Position numbers and translations under genes: made by a program
Notes under the pieces: generated by a model
Databases searched by the model: none
What the model was told of the DNA's origin: nothing
The model's input: the letters and a program-made list of their open reading frames with translations, nothing else
Part shown: piece by piece, positions 53,941-61,760 of the stretch
How the letters are laid out: each line of letters opens with the position of its first letter
Position numbering within the stretch: position 1 is the stretch's first letter
Assembly: GCA_964420365.1 (NCBI GenBank)
Contig: CAYQTA010000048.1
Location: 5,635 to 69,634, forward strand
Source: an uncultured Acidobacteriota bacterium
GTDB taxonomy: Bacteria > Acidobacteriota > Polarisedimenticolia > J045
Direction: 5' to 3'
Length of the DNA: 64,000 nucleotides

Positions 53941-54372
53941 ATGAGCACCGCGGAGAACCACGACCGGGAGAATTCCGGCCGGTCCCACGACAGCTCGACC
54001 TGCAATGATCCCCTGTGCCGGGATCCCGCCTGCCGGGACGCGGCCGACCGGTCCACCCCGGTCGACAAGGAGACGCTGGTTCCCCGGATCGTCGCCATGC
54101 TGGAGTCGATCTACGACCCGGAGATCCCGGTGAACATCTGGGAGCTGGGGTTGATCTACGGGATCGACGTGTCCGACGACGGGGACGTCACGGTCCGGAT
54201 GACCCTGACCGCCCCCAACTGCCCGGTCGCCGGCAGCCTGCCGATCGAGGTCGAGATGCGGGTCGCCTCCATTCCCGGCGTCCGCTCCTGCCGCGTCGAG
54301 CTCACCTGGGATCCCCCCTGGACGCCGGACCGGATGTCGGAGACGGCCCGCCTGATGCTCGGCCTCGACTGA
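53941..54372 (+). CDS. sufT: SufT-like DUF59 (MIP18 family) Fe-S assembly protein with a Cys-rich N-terminal extension
   Basis: DUF59 core (IVAMLESIYDPEIPVNIWELGLIY...LTAPNCPVAG). SD GGAGGA lies 8 nt upstream. N-terminal CNDPLCRDPAC. Confidence 0.8.
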   Translation: MSTAENHDRENSGRSHDSSTCNDPLCRDPACRDAADRSTPVDKETLVPRIVAMLESIYDPEIPVNIWELGLIYGIDVSDDGDVTVRMTLTAPNCPVAGSLPIEVEMRVASIPGVRSCRVELTWDPPWTPDRMSETARLMLGLD

Positions 54373-54414
54373 CCCCCGGCCCCGCCCGTTCCCGGGCTCG
54401 ACGCGACGGGAACG

Positions 54415-54439
54415 TCCCCGCGGCACGATGCCGCGGGGA
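54415..54439. terminator. Bidirectional terminator-like hairpin tccccgcggca-cga-tgccgcgggga between convergent sufT and OMP genes
   Basis: An 11-bp perfect stem. A second stem (cgttcccg/cgggaacg) sits immediately upstream. Confidence 0.45.
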
Positions 54440-54480
54440 CCGGGTGGCAGGAACGGGAATCTCTTCCCGGGGAAACCCGC

Positions 54481-55215
54481 TCAGAAGCGAAAGGCGACGC
54501 CGAGGGAGACCTCGTTGCCCGAGAGGTCGATCGTCCCGAAGCCGGCCAGGTCGCCGTCCAGCTCGTCGTCCACGTCGTGCCAGCGAGCATCGACGAACAG
54601 GGACCAGTTGTCGGCCACGGCCACGTCGACGCCCGCCTCGAGAAACCACCCGAGGGCGGTACCGTCGGAGACGTAGCGGTCGTTGAACACCTCCGGGGGA
54701 TCGACGGAGAAGTCGATGAAGTCGCCGCGCTCCCGGTAGCGCCACCAGTAGAACCCCGCCCCCACCCCGACGTAGGGGCGGATCGCCTGGTCACGGCCGA
54801 ACGGGTACGCGACCACGGCCACCGTCAGCGGCTCGAGCTCGAGCTGCTCCAGGTGCCGGATCTCGTACCCGCCGGCGTCCAGGTAGTCGCGGTAGGCGAC
54901 CGTCGTCTTCCCGTCGTAGGTCGCGAGGGAGACCTCCACGTCGAGGACGGTCTCCCCGACCCGGTGGCGCCAGTCCAGTCCGAAGATCGTGTCGTCCAGG
55001 GCGGAAACGGAGCCGGTGAACGCATCGAACGTGTCGTCCCAGAACCGGGAGTCACCGTCCGGCCGGAACTCCCCGACCCGGAAACGCACCTGGTTCGTCG
55101 TGGCGGCCGCGGGGCGCCGGGCGCGGGGATAGTGGCGGGGCGTCCCGGCGAGCACGGCCGGGGATCCGGCAAGGAGCAGGAGCAGGACGAGAGCAGCGGC
55201 ATGGTGGCTTCGCAT
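54481..55215 (-). CDS. Outer-membrane beta-barrel protein (OmpW/OmpA-like small barrel)
   Basis: Signal peptide MRSHHAAALVLLLLLAGSPAVLA. Alternating amphipathic beta-strands. C-terminal aromatic signature ...GVAFRF. Confidence 0.75.
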   Translation of the reverse strand: MRSHHAAALVLLLLLAGSPAVLAGTPRHYPRARRPAAATTNQVRFRVGEFRPDGDSRFWDDTFDAFTGSVSALDDTIFGLDWRHRVGETVLDVEVSLATYDGKTTVAYRDYLDAGGYEIRHLEQLELEPLTVAVVAYPFGRDQAIRPYVGVGAGFYWWRYRERGDFIDFSVDPPEVFNDRYVSDGTALGWFLEAGVDVAVADNWSLFVDARWHDVDDELDGDLAGFGTIDLSGNEVSLGVAFRF

Positions 55216-55350
55216 CGGTCACCTCCTTCCGTCCCCTCCCGGAGCAAGGACGATGCCAGCGTGCCCGCGGGGGAGCCGTCCCTTGAAACGCAACGACTTG
55301 TATCGATCACGCGACGGGCCGCCGGGCGGGACGACCTCCCCCGGGGACGG

Positions 55351-57333
55351 TCACGTCTCCCAGCGGCGACCCTCGCTGCCCCCCATGATCCCCGGCCGGC
55401 CGGGGAACTCCCGCCGCACCGGGACGGGCCCCCCGGTGACGTCGGCGAGCACGACGGCCGCCCCCTCGAGGGGGCCCGCCCAGGCGATTCCCTCGACCAG
55501 GGGAGCGATCTCCTCGAGGACGCGGCGGGCGATCTCCAGCCGGGCGGTGGCCGCTTCGTCGGGCCCGCCGGCCCGTTCCATCCGCTCGAGCACCCAGCGG
55601 GGCACCTCGACGCCGGGCACCTCCGCGGCGAGGAACTCGGCCTCACGGAGATCCCGCGGGGGACGGATCTCGGCGAGGACCGGGATCCGGACGCGGGCGA
55701 CCCGGTCGAGGAACGCGCCGAGGGAAGCGGCGTCGAAGACCGGCACGGTGACGGCGAAGGCCGCCCCGGCATCGACCTTCCACTCGAACCGGCGGACCTC
55801 CGCCTCGATCGACTCGGGGGTTCCCGCCGGCGTCACCTGGACGCCCGGGAAGAACGCGGTCGGCGCCCCGATCGGCGTGTCCCCGACGTCGAGCCCGTGG
55901 TTCAGCCGGTGGACCACGTTGACGAGACCGATCGCGTCGACGTCGAAGACCGGGGTCGCCCAGGGCGCCTCCCCGGGCCGCGGGACCTGCCCCGTGACCA
56001 GGACCAGGTTGCGGATCCCGAGGGCGTGGGCCCCGAGCAGGTCGGACTGCATTCCCAGGAGGTTCCGGTCCCGGCAGGAATACTGGAGCACCGGCTCGAG
56101 GCCCAGGCCTTCCTCCGCGGCGCGCTCCGCGACGAGCCGGGCAAGGGCGAGGGGGCTCATCCGGACCATCGCCCGCGGATCGTCCGGCACGAGCACGCCG
56201 TCGATCCCCAGGTCGTCGAGCCGGCGGAGGGCATCGAGCAGCCGGTCGGCCTGCCAGCCGCGGGGCGGCGGTGTCTCGACGAGCACGACGAAGCGCCCTT
56301 CCGCCACCTTCCGCGCGAGCGTGGAACGCTCGGGGGACGGGACCGGTTCCGCCTCCGCGTAGACCGGGCCGGAGAGGACGACCCGGGGAGCCGGCTCCTC
56401 CCCGACCTGGCGGCCCAGGGCCTCCCGCATCGCCCGGACGTGTTCCGGGGTCACTCCGCAGCAGCCTCCGACCACCCGCGCCCCCGCCGCCACGAACCTC
56501 CGGACGTAGCGCGCCATGTAGGAAGGAGAGGCCAGGTAGAGCAGGCGTCCCTCGACGGTGCGCGGCAGGCCGGCGTTGGGCAGCGCCGCGATGGGCTTCG
56601 TGCAGACCGCTCCCAGCGTCTCGACGACGGAGAGCATCGGCGCCGGTCCGACCGAGCAGTTGACACCGACGACGTCCGCGGGCGATTCCTCGAGCTTCCG
56701 GGCGAGCCACTCCGCGGGGACTCCCTCCGGCGACCGACCCTCCTCGTCGACGGTCATCATCGCGACGATCGGCAGGTCGCAGGCGTCCCGCACGGCCCGG
56801 ATCGCCGCCCGGATCTCGACGAGGTCCGCGAAGGTCTCGAGGACGAGCAGGTCGACGCCCCCCTCGACCAGTCCCTCGACCTGTTCCCGGAAGAGGTCGA
56901 CGGCCTCCTCGAGGGTGGTCGGCCCCCAGGGCTCGAGCCGGATCCCCAGGGGACCGATCGCGCCGGCGACGAGCACGCCGCTTCCCACGGCGCGGCGGGC
57001 GATCCGGGCGGCCTCCCGGTTGATCTCGCGCACCCGGTTCCCCAGCCCGTGGGGCTCCAGGCGGGGACGCGTCGCGGCGAAACTGTTCGTCTCGACCACG
57101 TCCGCTCCCGCCTGGGCGAAGGCGCGGTGGACCTCCTCGACCAGGGCCGGACGGTCGAGGTTCAGTTGCTCGTAGCAGACGTTGAGGAACGTGCCCCGGG
57201 AGTAGATCTCGGTCCCGGTGCCGCCGTCGAAGAGAACGACACCCTCGGCGAGTCGATCGAGGAAGGGACGCGTCACCCGGGAACGGGAGGAAGGCGCGGG
57301 GGAGCGGACCGGTTCCGCTCCCCCGCGCGCCAC
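55351..57333 (-). CDS. Bifunctional homocysteine S-methyltransferase / 5,10-methylenetetrahydrofolate reductase (YitJ-like fusion)
   Basis: N-terminal Hcy-binding domain (VVLFDGGTGTEI...ETNSF...GGCCG zinc site) fused to a MetF-like TIM barrel (C-terminal ~290 aa). GTG start lies 4 nt after the upstream OmpA-lipoprotein stop; an alternative GTG is 57 nt downstream. Confidence 0.85.
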   Translation of the reverse strand: MARGGAEPVRSPAPSSRSRVTRPFLDRLAEGVVLFDGGTGTEIYSRGTFLNVCYEQLNLDRPALVEEVHRAFAQAGADVVETNSFAATRPRLEPHGLGNRVREINREAARIARRAVGSGVLVAGAIGPLGIRLEPWGPTTLEEAVDLFREQVEGLVEGGVDLLVLETFADLVEIRAAIRAVRDACDLPIVAMMTVDEEGRSPEGVPAEWLARKLEESPADVVGVNCSVGPAPMLSVVETLGAVCTKPIAALPNAGLPRTVEGRLLYLASPSYMARYVRRFVAAGARVVGGCCGVTPEHVRAMREALGRQVGEEPAPRVVLSGPVYAEAEPVPSPERSTLARKVAEGRFVVLVETPPPRGWQADRLLDALRRLDDLGIDGVLVPDDPRAMVRMSPLALARLVAERAAEEGLGLEPVLQYSCRDRNLLGMQSDLLGAHALGIRNLVLVTGQVPRPGEAPWATPVFDVDAIGLVNVVHRLNHGLDVGDTPIGAPTAFFPGVQVTPAGTPESIEAEVRRFEWKVDAGAAFAVTVPVFDAASLGAFLDRVARVRIPVLAEIRPPRDLREAEFLAAEVPGVEVPRWVLERMERAGGPDEAATARLEIARRVLEEIAPLVEGIAWAGPLEGAAVVLADVTGGPVPVRREFPGRPGIMGGSEGRRWET

Positions 57334-57337
57334 GAGC

Positions 57338-57982
57338 TTACTCGAGGACGAGGATCTCGACGCGACGGTTCTGGGCGCGACCCTCGCGGGTGGAGTTGTC
57401 CGCGATCGGGCGCTCCTCGCCGTAGGAGATCACCTGCATCAGGTTGAGGGGAATCCCGCGCTCGTGCAGGTAGTCCCGCACGGCCTCGGCCCGCTTGAGA
57501 CCGAGCTTCTTGTTGTACGCGGCCGACCCGGTGGAGTCGGTGTGCCCCTGGATCTCGAGGAAGACCATCCGGTCGAAACTCTTCAGCTTCTCGACGAACT
57601 GGTCGAGGACCCTGGCGCCCTCGGGCGTCAGCTCGGTCTTGTCGACGCCGAAGTGGACGTCACGGTTGGTCAGGGTGACCTTCCAGATCACCTTTCCCTT
57701 GGCCAGCTTCTCCGCCTCGGCGGCCTTGGCCAGGGCCGTGGAGCCGGTCTGCTCGGCCTTCGTCGCCTTGGAATCGACGACCTGGACCTTCTGGTCGAGC
57801 TCGCCGCTCTTCTTCTCGAGCTGGTCGATCTTCTCTCCCTGCTGCTCCACCCGGGTCTGCACGTCGTCGACTCGCTTGGTCACGTCGGCGATGGCCTGGT
57901 CGAACGTCTTCGTGGAGACACAGCCCGCCGCGAGGAACAGCAGCGGGACGGAGATCACCAGCAGCATGGCGAAACGCTTCAT
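57338..57982 (-). CDS. OmpA-family lipoprotein (Pal-like) with an N-terminal coiled-coil spacer
   Basis: Lipobox MKRFAMLLVISVPLLFLAAGC; a coiled-coil of ~90 aa; C-terminal OmpA_C peptidoglycan-binding domain (TDSTGSAAYNKKLGLKRAEAVRDYL). Confidence 0.85.
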   Translation of the reverse strand: MKRFAMLLVISVPLLFLAAGCVSTKTFDQAIADVTKRVDDVQTRVEQQGEKIDQLEKKSGELDQKVQVVDSKATKAEQTGSTALAKAAEAEKLAKGKVIWKVTLTNRDVHFGVDKTELTPEGARVLDQFVEKLKSFDRMVFLEIQGHTDSTGSAAYNKKLGLKRAEAVRDYLHERGIPLNLMQVISYGEERPIADNSTREGRAQNRRVEILVLE

Positions 57983-58090
57983 CCTTCGTCCTCCTTGCTC
58001 GTGCACGTCTCGAACGCGCCGGACACCTTCCGGCGAACAGGGGGGCATTATAGACGGGCCCCCGGCGGTGCGCCGCCTCGCGGCGAAACT

Positions 58091-59080
58091 TCAGCGGTAC
58101 CCGGAACGGGCCAGGACGGAGACTCCCGGCCGGTCGACGCGGACCCGGACCCGGTGAAACCTCCCGTCCGGCGGGGATTCCGGGTGGAACCCCAACCAGT
58201 ACTGGTGGCGCAGGTCGTCCCGGATTCTCCGTGCCGCCTCCCGGGCCTCGTCCACCGATGTAACGAGGAAGAAACGCCCCCCCGTCTCGGCGGCGACCCG
58301 CCGCAGGAGCGCGAGGGGGGACCGTTCCCGGCGGCGGCGGGCTCGCTCCCGGATCCGCTCTCCCTCCCCGCCGACCGCCAGCACGTAGACCGGCGCCCGG
58401 ACGCTCCGGGCCGCATCGATCACCTCCCGCGCGGTGCGTCGGCTCGCGTTGTCGATTCCATCGCTCGCGAGGACGATTGCCTGGCGCTCGTCGATGGGCG
58501 GCGGCAGCAGGTGAGCCGCCTCGACCAGGGCATCCGCCACCGCGGTGGTCCCCCCGCGGGGCAGGGCCACCGCCTCCGCGACGGCCGAGAGCGGCCGCTG
58601 GCGCCATCCGCCGTGAACCGTCACCCGGCCGCCCCCGAAGCTGACCAGCCGGATCCGGTCCTCGAGCCGCACGGTGCGGGCGAGGGGCAGGAGGGCCCGG
58701 CGGAGCTGGGCGCGCCGCGCCCGGCCCGCCATCGAGCCGGAAGCATCGACCAGCCACACGAGCCTGAAGGGATGGTCGCGGTCCTCGCCGAACCAGGTGA
58801 TCGGTCGCTCCCTGCCATCCACCTCGAGGTGGAAGTCGGAGCGCCGCAACCCGGGCACGGGCCGGCCCTTCCGGTCGAGAACGACGACCCCGAGCTGCAC
58901 GAGCGCGACCCGCACCTCCTCGGGGGGCAGCGCCGCGAGCAGCTCGCGCAGCTCGTCGTCGGTGAGCGGCGGGCCGTTTCCGTGCACCCGCTCCAGCAGG
59001 GACCGGACGTCTCCCGGCCCGGGGCCGAGGAGGAGGGGAAGGAGCAGGAGCAGCCCGAGAAGGCCCGGAAGACGCCGCAT
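58091..59080 (-). CDS. Secreted von Willebrand factor A (VWA) domain protein
   Basis: Signal MRRLPGLLGLLLLLPLLLG. MIDAS-like DASGSM motif and VWA fold (LVDASGSMAG...ASDGIDN...). Start overlaps the fadD-like stop by 1 nt (TGATG). Confidence 0.75.
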   Translation of the reverse strand: MRRLPGLLGLLLLLPLLLGPGPGDVRSLLERVHGNGPPLTDDELRELLAALPPEEVRVALVQLGVVVLDRKGRPVPGLRRSDFHLEVDGRERPITWFGEDRDHPFRLVWLVDASGSMAGRARRAQLRRALLPLARTVRLEDRIRLVSFGGGRVTVHGGWRQRPLSAVAEAVALPRGGTTAVADALVEAAHLLPPPIDERQAIVLASDGIDNASRRTAREVIDAARSVRAPVYVLAVGGEGERIRERARRRRERSPLALLRRVAAETGGRFFLVTSVDEAREAARRIRDDLRHQYWLGFHPESPPDGRFHRVRVRVDRPGVSVLARSGYR

Positions 59081-60864
59081 CAGGAGTACATCTTCTCCAC
59101 GACGTCGCCGAAGCGACGCAGGACCTCCGCTCGCCGGACCTTCTGGGTCGGGGTGAGCAGGCCGTTCTCCTCGGAGAAGTCCTCGAGGAGGAACTCGAAG
59201 CGGCGCGCCTTCTCGAAGACGGCCAGGTTCGCCTGGTGACGGGAGATCTCCCCCTCGTACAGCCGCCGCACCTCGGCCCGCTCGAGGAGCGCCGGCACGT
59301 CGTCCACCGGCAGGTGCCGGTCGCGGGCCCACTCGACGAGTCGTTCCACGTTCGGGACGATCAGCAGCCCGATGTGCGGGCGCTCGTCTCCCACGGCGAC
59401 CGCCCGGAGAACGTAGGGGCTCTTCTCGATCTCCTGCTCGATGGCGACCGGCGAGACGTTCTTCCCGGTCGAGAGCACGATGATGTCCTTCTTGCGCCCG
59501 GTGATCGCCAGGAACCCGTCCGGGTCGAGGTAGCCGAGGTCACCCGTGTGCAGCCAGCCGCCGAAGAGCGCCTCCTCGGTCTCCTGGGGGCGGTTCCAGT
59601 AGCCCCGCATCACGTTGGGGCCCCGGGCGAGGATCTCCCCCTCGTCGCTGATCTTCACCTCCACGCCGACGATCGGTGGCCCGACGGTACCGAGCCTGGC
59701 GTGCCCCGGGTAGTTGACGCTGATCACCGGCGACGACTCGGTCATCCCGTAACCCTCGTAGACCGGGAGACCGGCCGCCCAGAAGAACCGCGCGACGTCG
59801 ACCGGCAGGGCCGCCCCGCCGCTGATCATGAACTTGAGGCTCCCGCCGAGCCGCGCCCGGACCCGGGAGAGAATCGCCCGGTCCGCCATCTTCAGGCGCA
59901 GGGCCGCGAGCCCCCGCGGGCGGCGGCCGGCGACGATCTCGTCGGCCGCGTCCATCGCCCAGGCGAGCATCTTCCGGCCGAGGGTCCGCTTGAAGCCCTT
60001 CTGCTCCTCGACCTGCTCGCGCACGACAGAGGCGATCCGCTCGAGCAGGCGGGGAACGGTGGCGAAGACCTGGGGTTTCACCTCGCCGAGGGCGTCCGCC
60101 ACCCGCTCGAGCCGGGAGACGTACCCGATCGAGAGACCCACCTGGATGTAGACGTAGTTGACCATCCGCTCGAGCACGTGGGAGAGCGGCAGGAACGAGA
60201 GAGCCCGGTCCCCCTCCTCGAAGGCGAAGAGGTGGGCGCACGCCCCCACGTTCGAGCAGAAGTTGCGGTGCGTGAGCATCACGCCCTTCGGCGTCCCGGT
60301 CGTCCCCGAGGTGTAGATGATCGTCGCCAGGTCCCCGGAGTCGAGGTCGGCGAGCCGCCCGTCGACGAGGCCCTCGTTCGCGATCAGGGCCTGGCGGCCC
60401 TCCTCGCGCAGGACGGAGACGTGGATCGCCCCGGACCCCTCCTCGTCGAACGTGAACACCTGCTGGAGGTCGGGCAGCGAGCCGCGCACCGAGGCGACCT
60501 TGGCCGCCTGGTCCGGGTTCGACACGAAGACGAACCGGGCTCCGCAGTCCCTCAGGATGTACTCCGCCTGGCTTGCCGGCAGCGTCGGGTAGACCGGCAC
60601 GTTGACGCCACGGGCGAACTGGATCCCCATGTCGGCCAGGATCCACTCCGGCCGGTTCTCCGAGATCAACCCGACCCGCTCGCCGGGCTCGAGGCCCCGG
60701 GAGATCAGTCCCGCGGCGATCTCCCGGACCGCCGCCAGGGCCTCCCGGGAAGAGACCCACTCCCAGCGCCGACCCCGCCGGGCGCCGAGGAACCGGTCGC
60801 GCTCGTGCTCGGTGACGCAGTGCAGGAAGATGGCCGGCAGGTTGGGCCGGACGTCGAGCTCCAT
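59080..60864 (-). CDS. Long-chain fatty-acid--CoA ligase (AMP-dependent synthetase, FadD-like)
   Basis: AMP-binding signature IYTSGTTGTPKGV; motifs YGMTE, GWLHTGDLG and LSTGKNVSP. Confidence 0.9.
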   Translation of the reverse strand: MELDVRPNLPAIFLHCVTEHERDRFLGARRGRRWEWVSSREALAAVREIAAGLISRGLEPGERVGLISENRPEWILADMGIQFARGVNVPVYPTLPASQAEYILRDCGARFVFVSNPDQAAKVASVRGSLPDLQQVFTFDEEGSGAIHVSVLREEGRQALIANEGLVDGRLADLDSGDLATIIYTSGTTGTPKGVMLTHRNFCSNVGACAHLFAFEEGDRALSFLPLSHVLERMVNYVYIQVGLSIGYVSRLERVADALGEVKPQVFATVPRLLERIASVVREQVEEQKGFKRTLGRKMLAWAMDAADEIVAGRRPRGLAALRLKMADRAILSRVRARLGGSLKFMISGGAALPVDVARFFWAAGLPVYEGYGMTESSPVISVNYPGHARLGTVGPPIVGVEVKISDEGEILARGPNVMRGYWNRPQETEEALFGGWLHTGDLGYLDPDGFLAITGRKKDIIVLSTGKNVSPVAIEQEIEKSPYVLRAVAVGDERPHIGLLIVPNVERLVEWARDRHLPVDDVPALLERAEVRRLYEGEISRHQANLAVFEKARRFEFLLEDFSEENGLLTPTQKVRRAEVLRRFGDVVEKMYS

Positions 60865-60917
60865 GCTGGCTCCTTCCCCGGGAACGCGGGGACCGCCGGG
60901 GCTGACCCCGGGTCGAG

Positions 60918-61757
60918 GTGCCGGATGGTTATACTGCGAACATGCCTTCGGCGTCCATCCGGCCCCGCCTGCGCCCGGTCCCCGTCCTCGCGATCCTCCT
61001 TCTCGTCATGGCGGCGGCCCCGCCCCGGCTTCCCCGGGAGGCGCGCCGGGAGACCCGGTTCGCGGTCCGCCTCGCGACCCGCGGCTCCTGGCGGGAGGCG
61101 GAGGCCCATCTTCGCCGCGCCCTCGCTCTCTCCCCGGAACATCCCGGCCTGCTCCACGATCTCGGCATCGTGGCCCGGGCCCTCGGCCGGGACGGGGAGG
61201 CGGAGGCTCTCCTCGCCCGCGCCAGGAAAGCCGGGTTCGTTCCCGGTCGACGCTGCCGCGAGGTCCTGGTTCCCCGGCGGCGCCCGGCGATCGTACCCTG
61301 GTCCCCGGGACACCGGGTGACGCTCGCCGCCTGCGGGGACCGGCGAGAGGAGGTCGCGCGATGGCTCGGGCGGATCCTCGCCCGGGACGCGGGGCTGGCG
61401 CCCCGGCCCGTTCCCTGCGGGGAGACGGCGATGCTCGTCGCCCGTGCCCGGATCACCGTCACCGACCGGTCGGGATACGAGGAGGAGGACGAGCGGGACG
61501 ACCCCTCCCTGCTCGAACCGGCGGCCCGGCCCCGGTTCGTCGTCCGGCGCCTGTTGCACCTGGAGCTGTCCGTCGAGGTACGGGACGCGCAGGGCCGACC
61601 CCTCCACCGGGACACCTGGTCGTCCGAGGCGATCGACCGCGGGCTGCGGGACGAACGCGACCTCGTCTACGATCTGCTCGCCCCCCTCCGGGAGCGACTG
61701 GTCGGCATCTTTCGCCCGGGCCGGCGGGAGGAGCCCGCCTGCCTGTGGACCGGGTGA
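60918..61757 (+). CDS. Hypothetical secreted protein (TPR-like N-terminal motif)
   Basis: 279 aa ORF with a GTG start. The hydrophobic segment PVPVLAILLLVMAAAP may be a signal peptide. Coding-like composition, no recognisable catalytic motif. Confidence 0.45.
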   Translation: MPDGYTANMPSASIRPRLRPVPVLAILLLVMAAAPPRLPREARRETRFAVRLATRGSWREAEAHLRRALALSPEHPGLLHDLGIVARALGRDGEAEALLARARKAGFVPGRRCREVLVPRRRPAIVPWSPGHRVTLAACGDRREEVARWLGRILARDAGLAPRPVPCGETAMLVARARITVTDRSGYEEEDERDDPSLLEPAARPRFVVRRLLHLELSVEVRDAQGRPLHRDTWSSEAIDRGLRDERDLVYDLLAPLRERLVGIFRPGRREEPACLWTG

Positions 61758-61760
61758 GCG

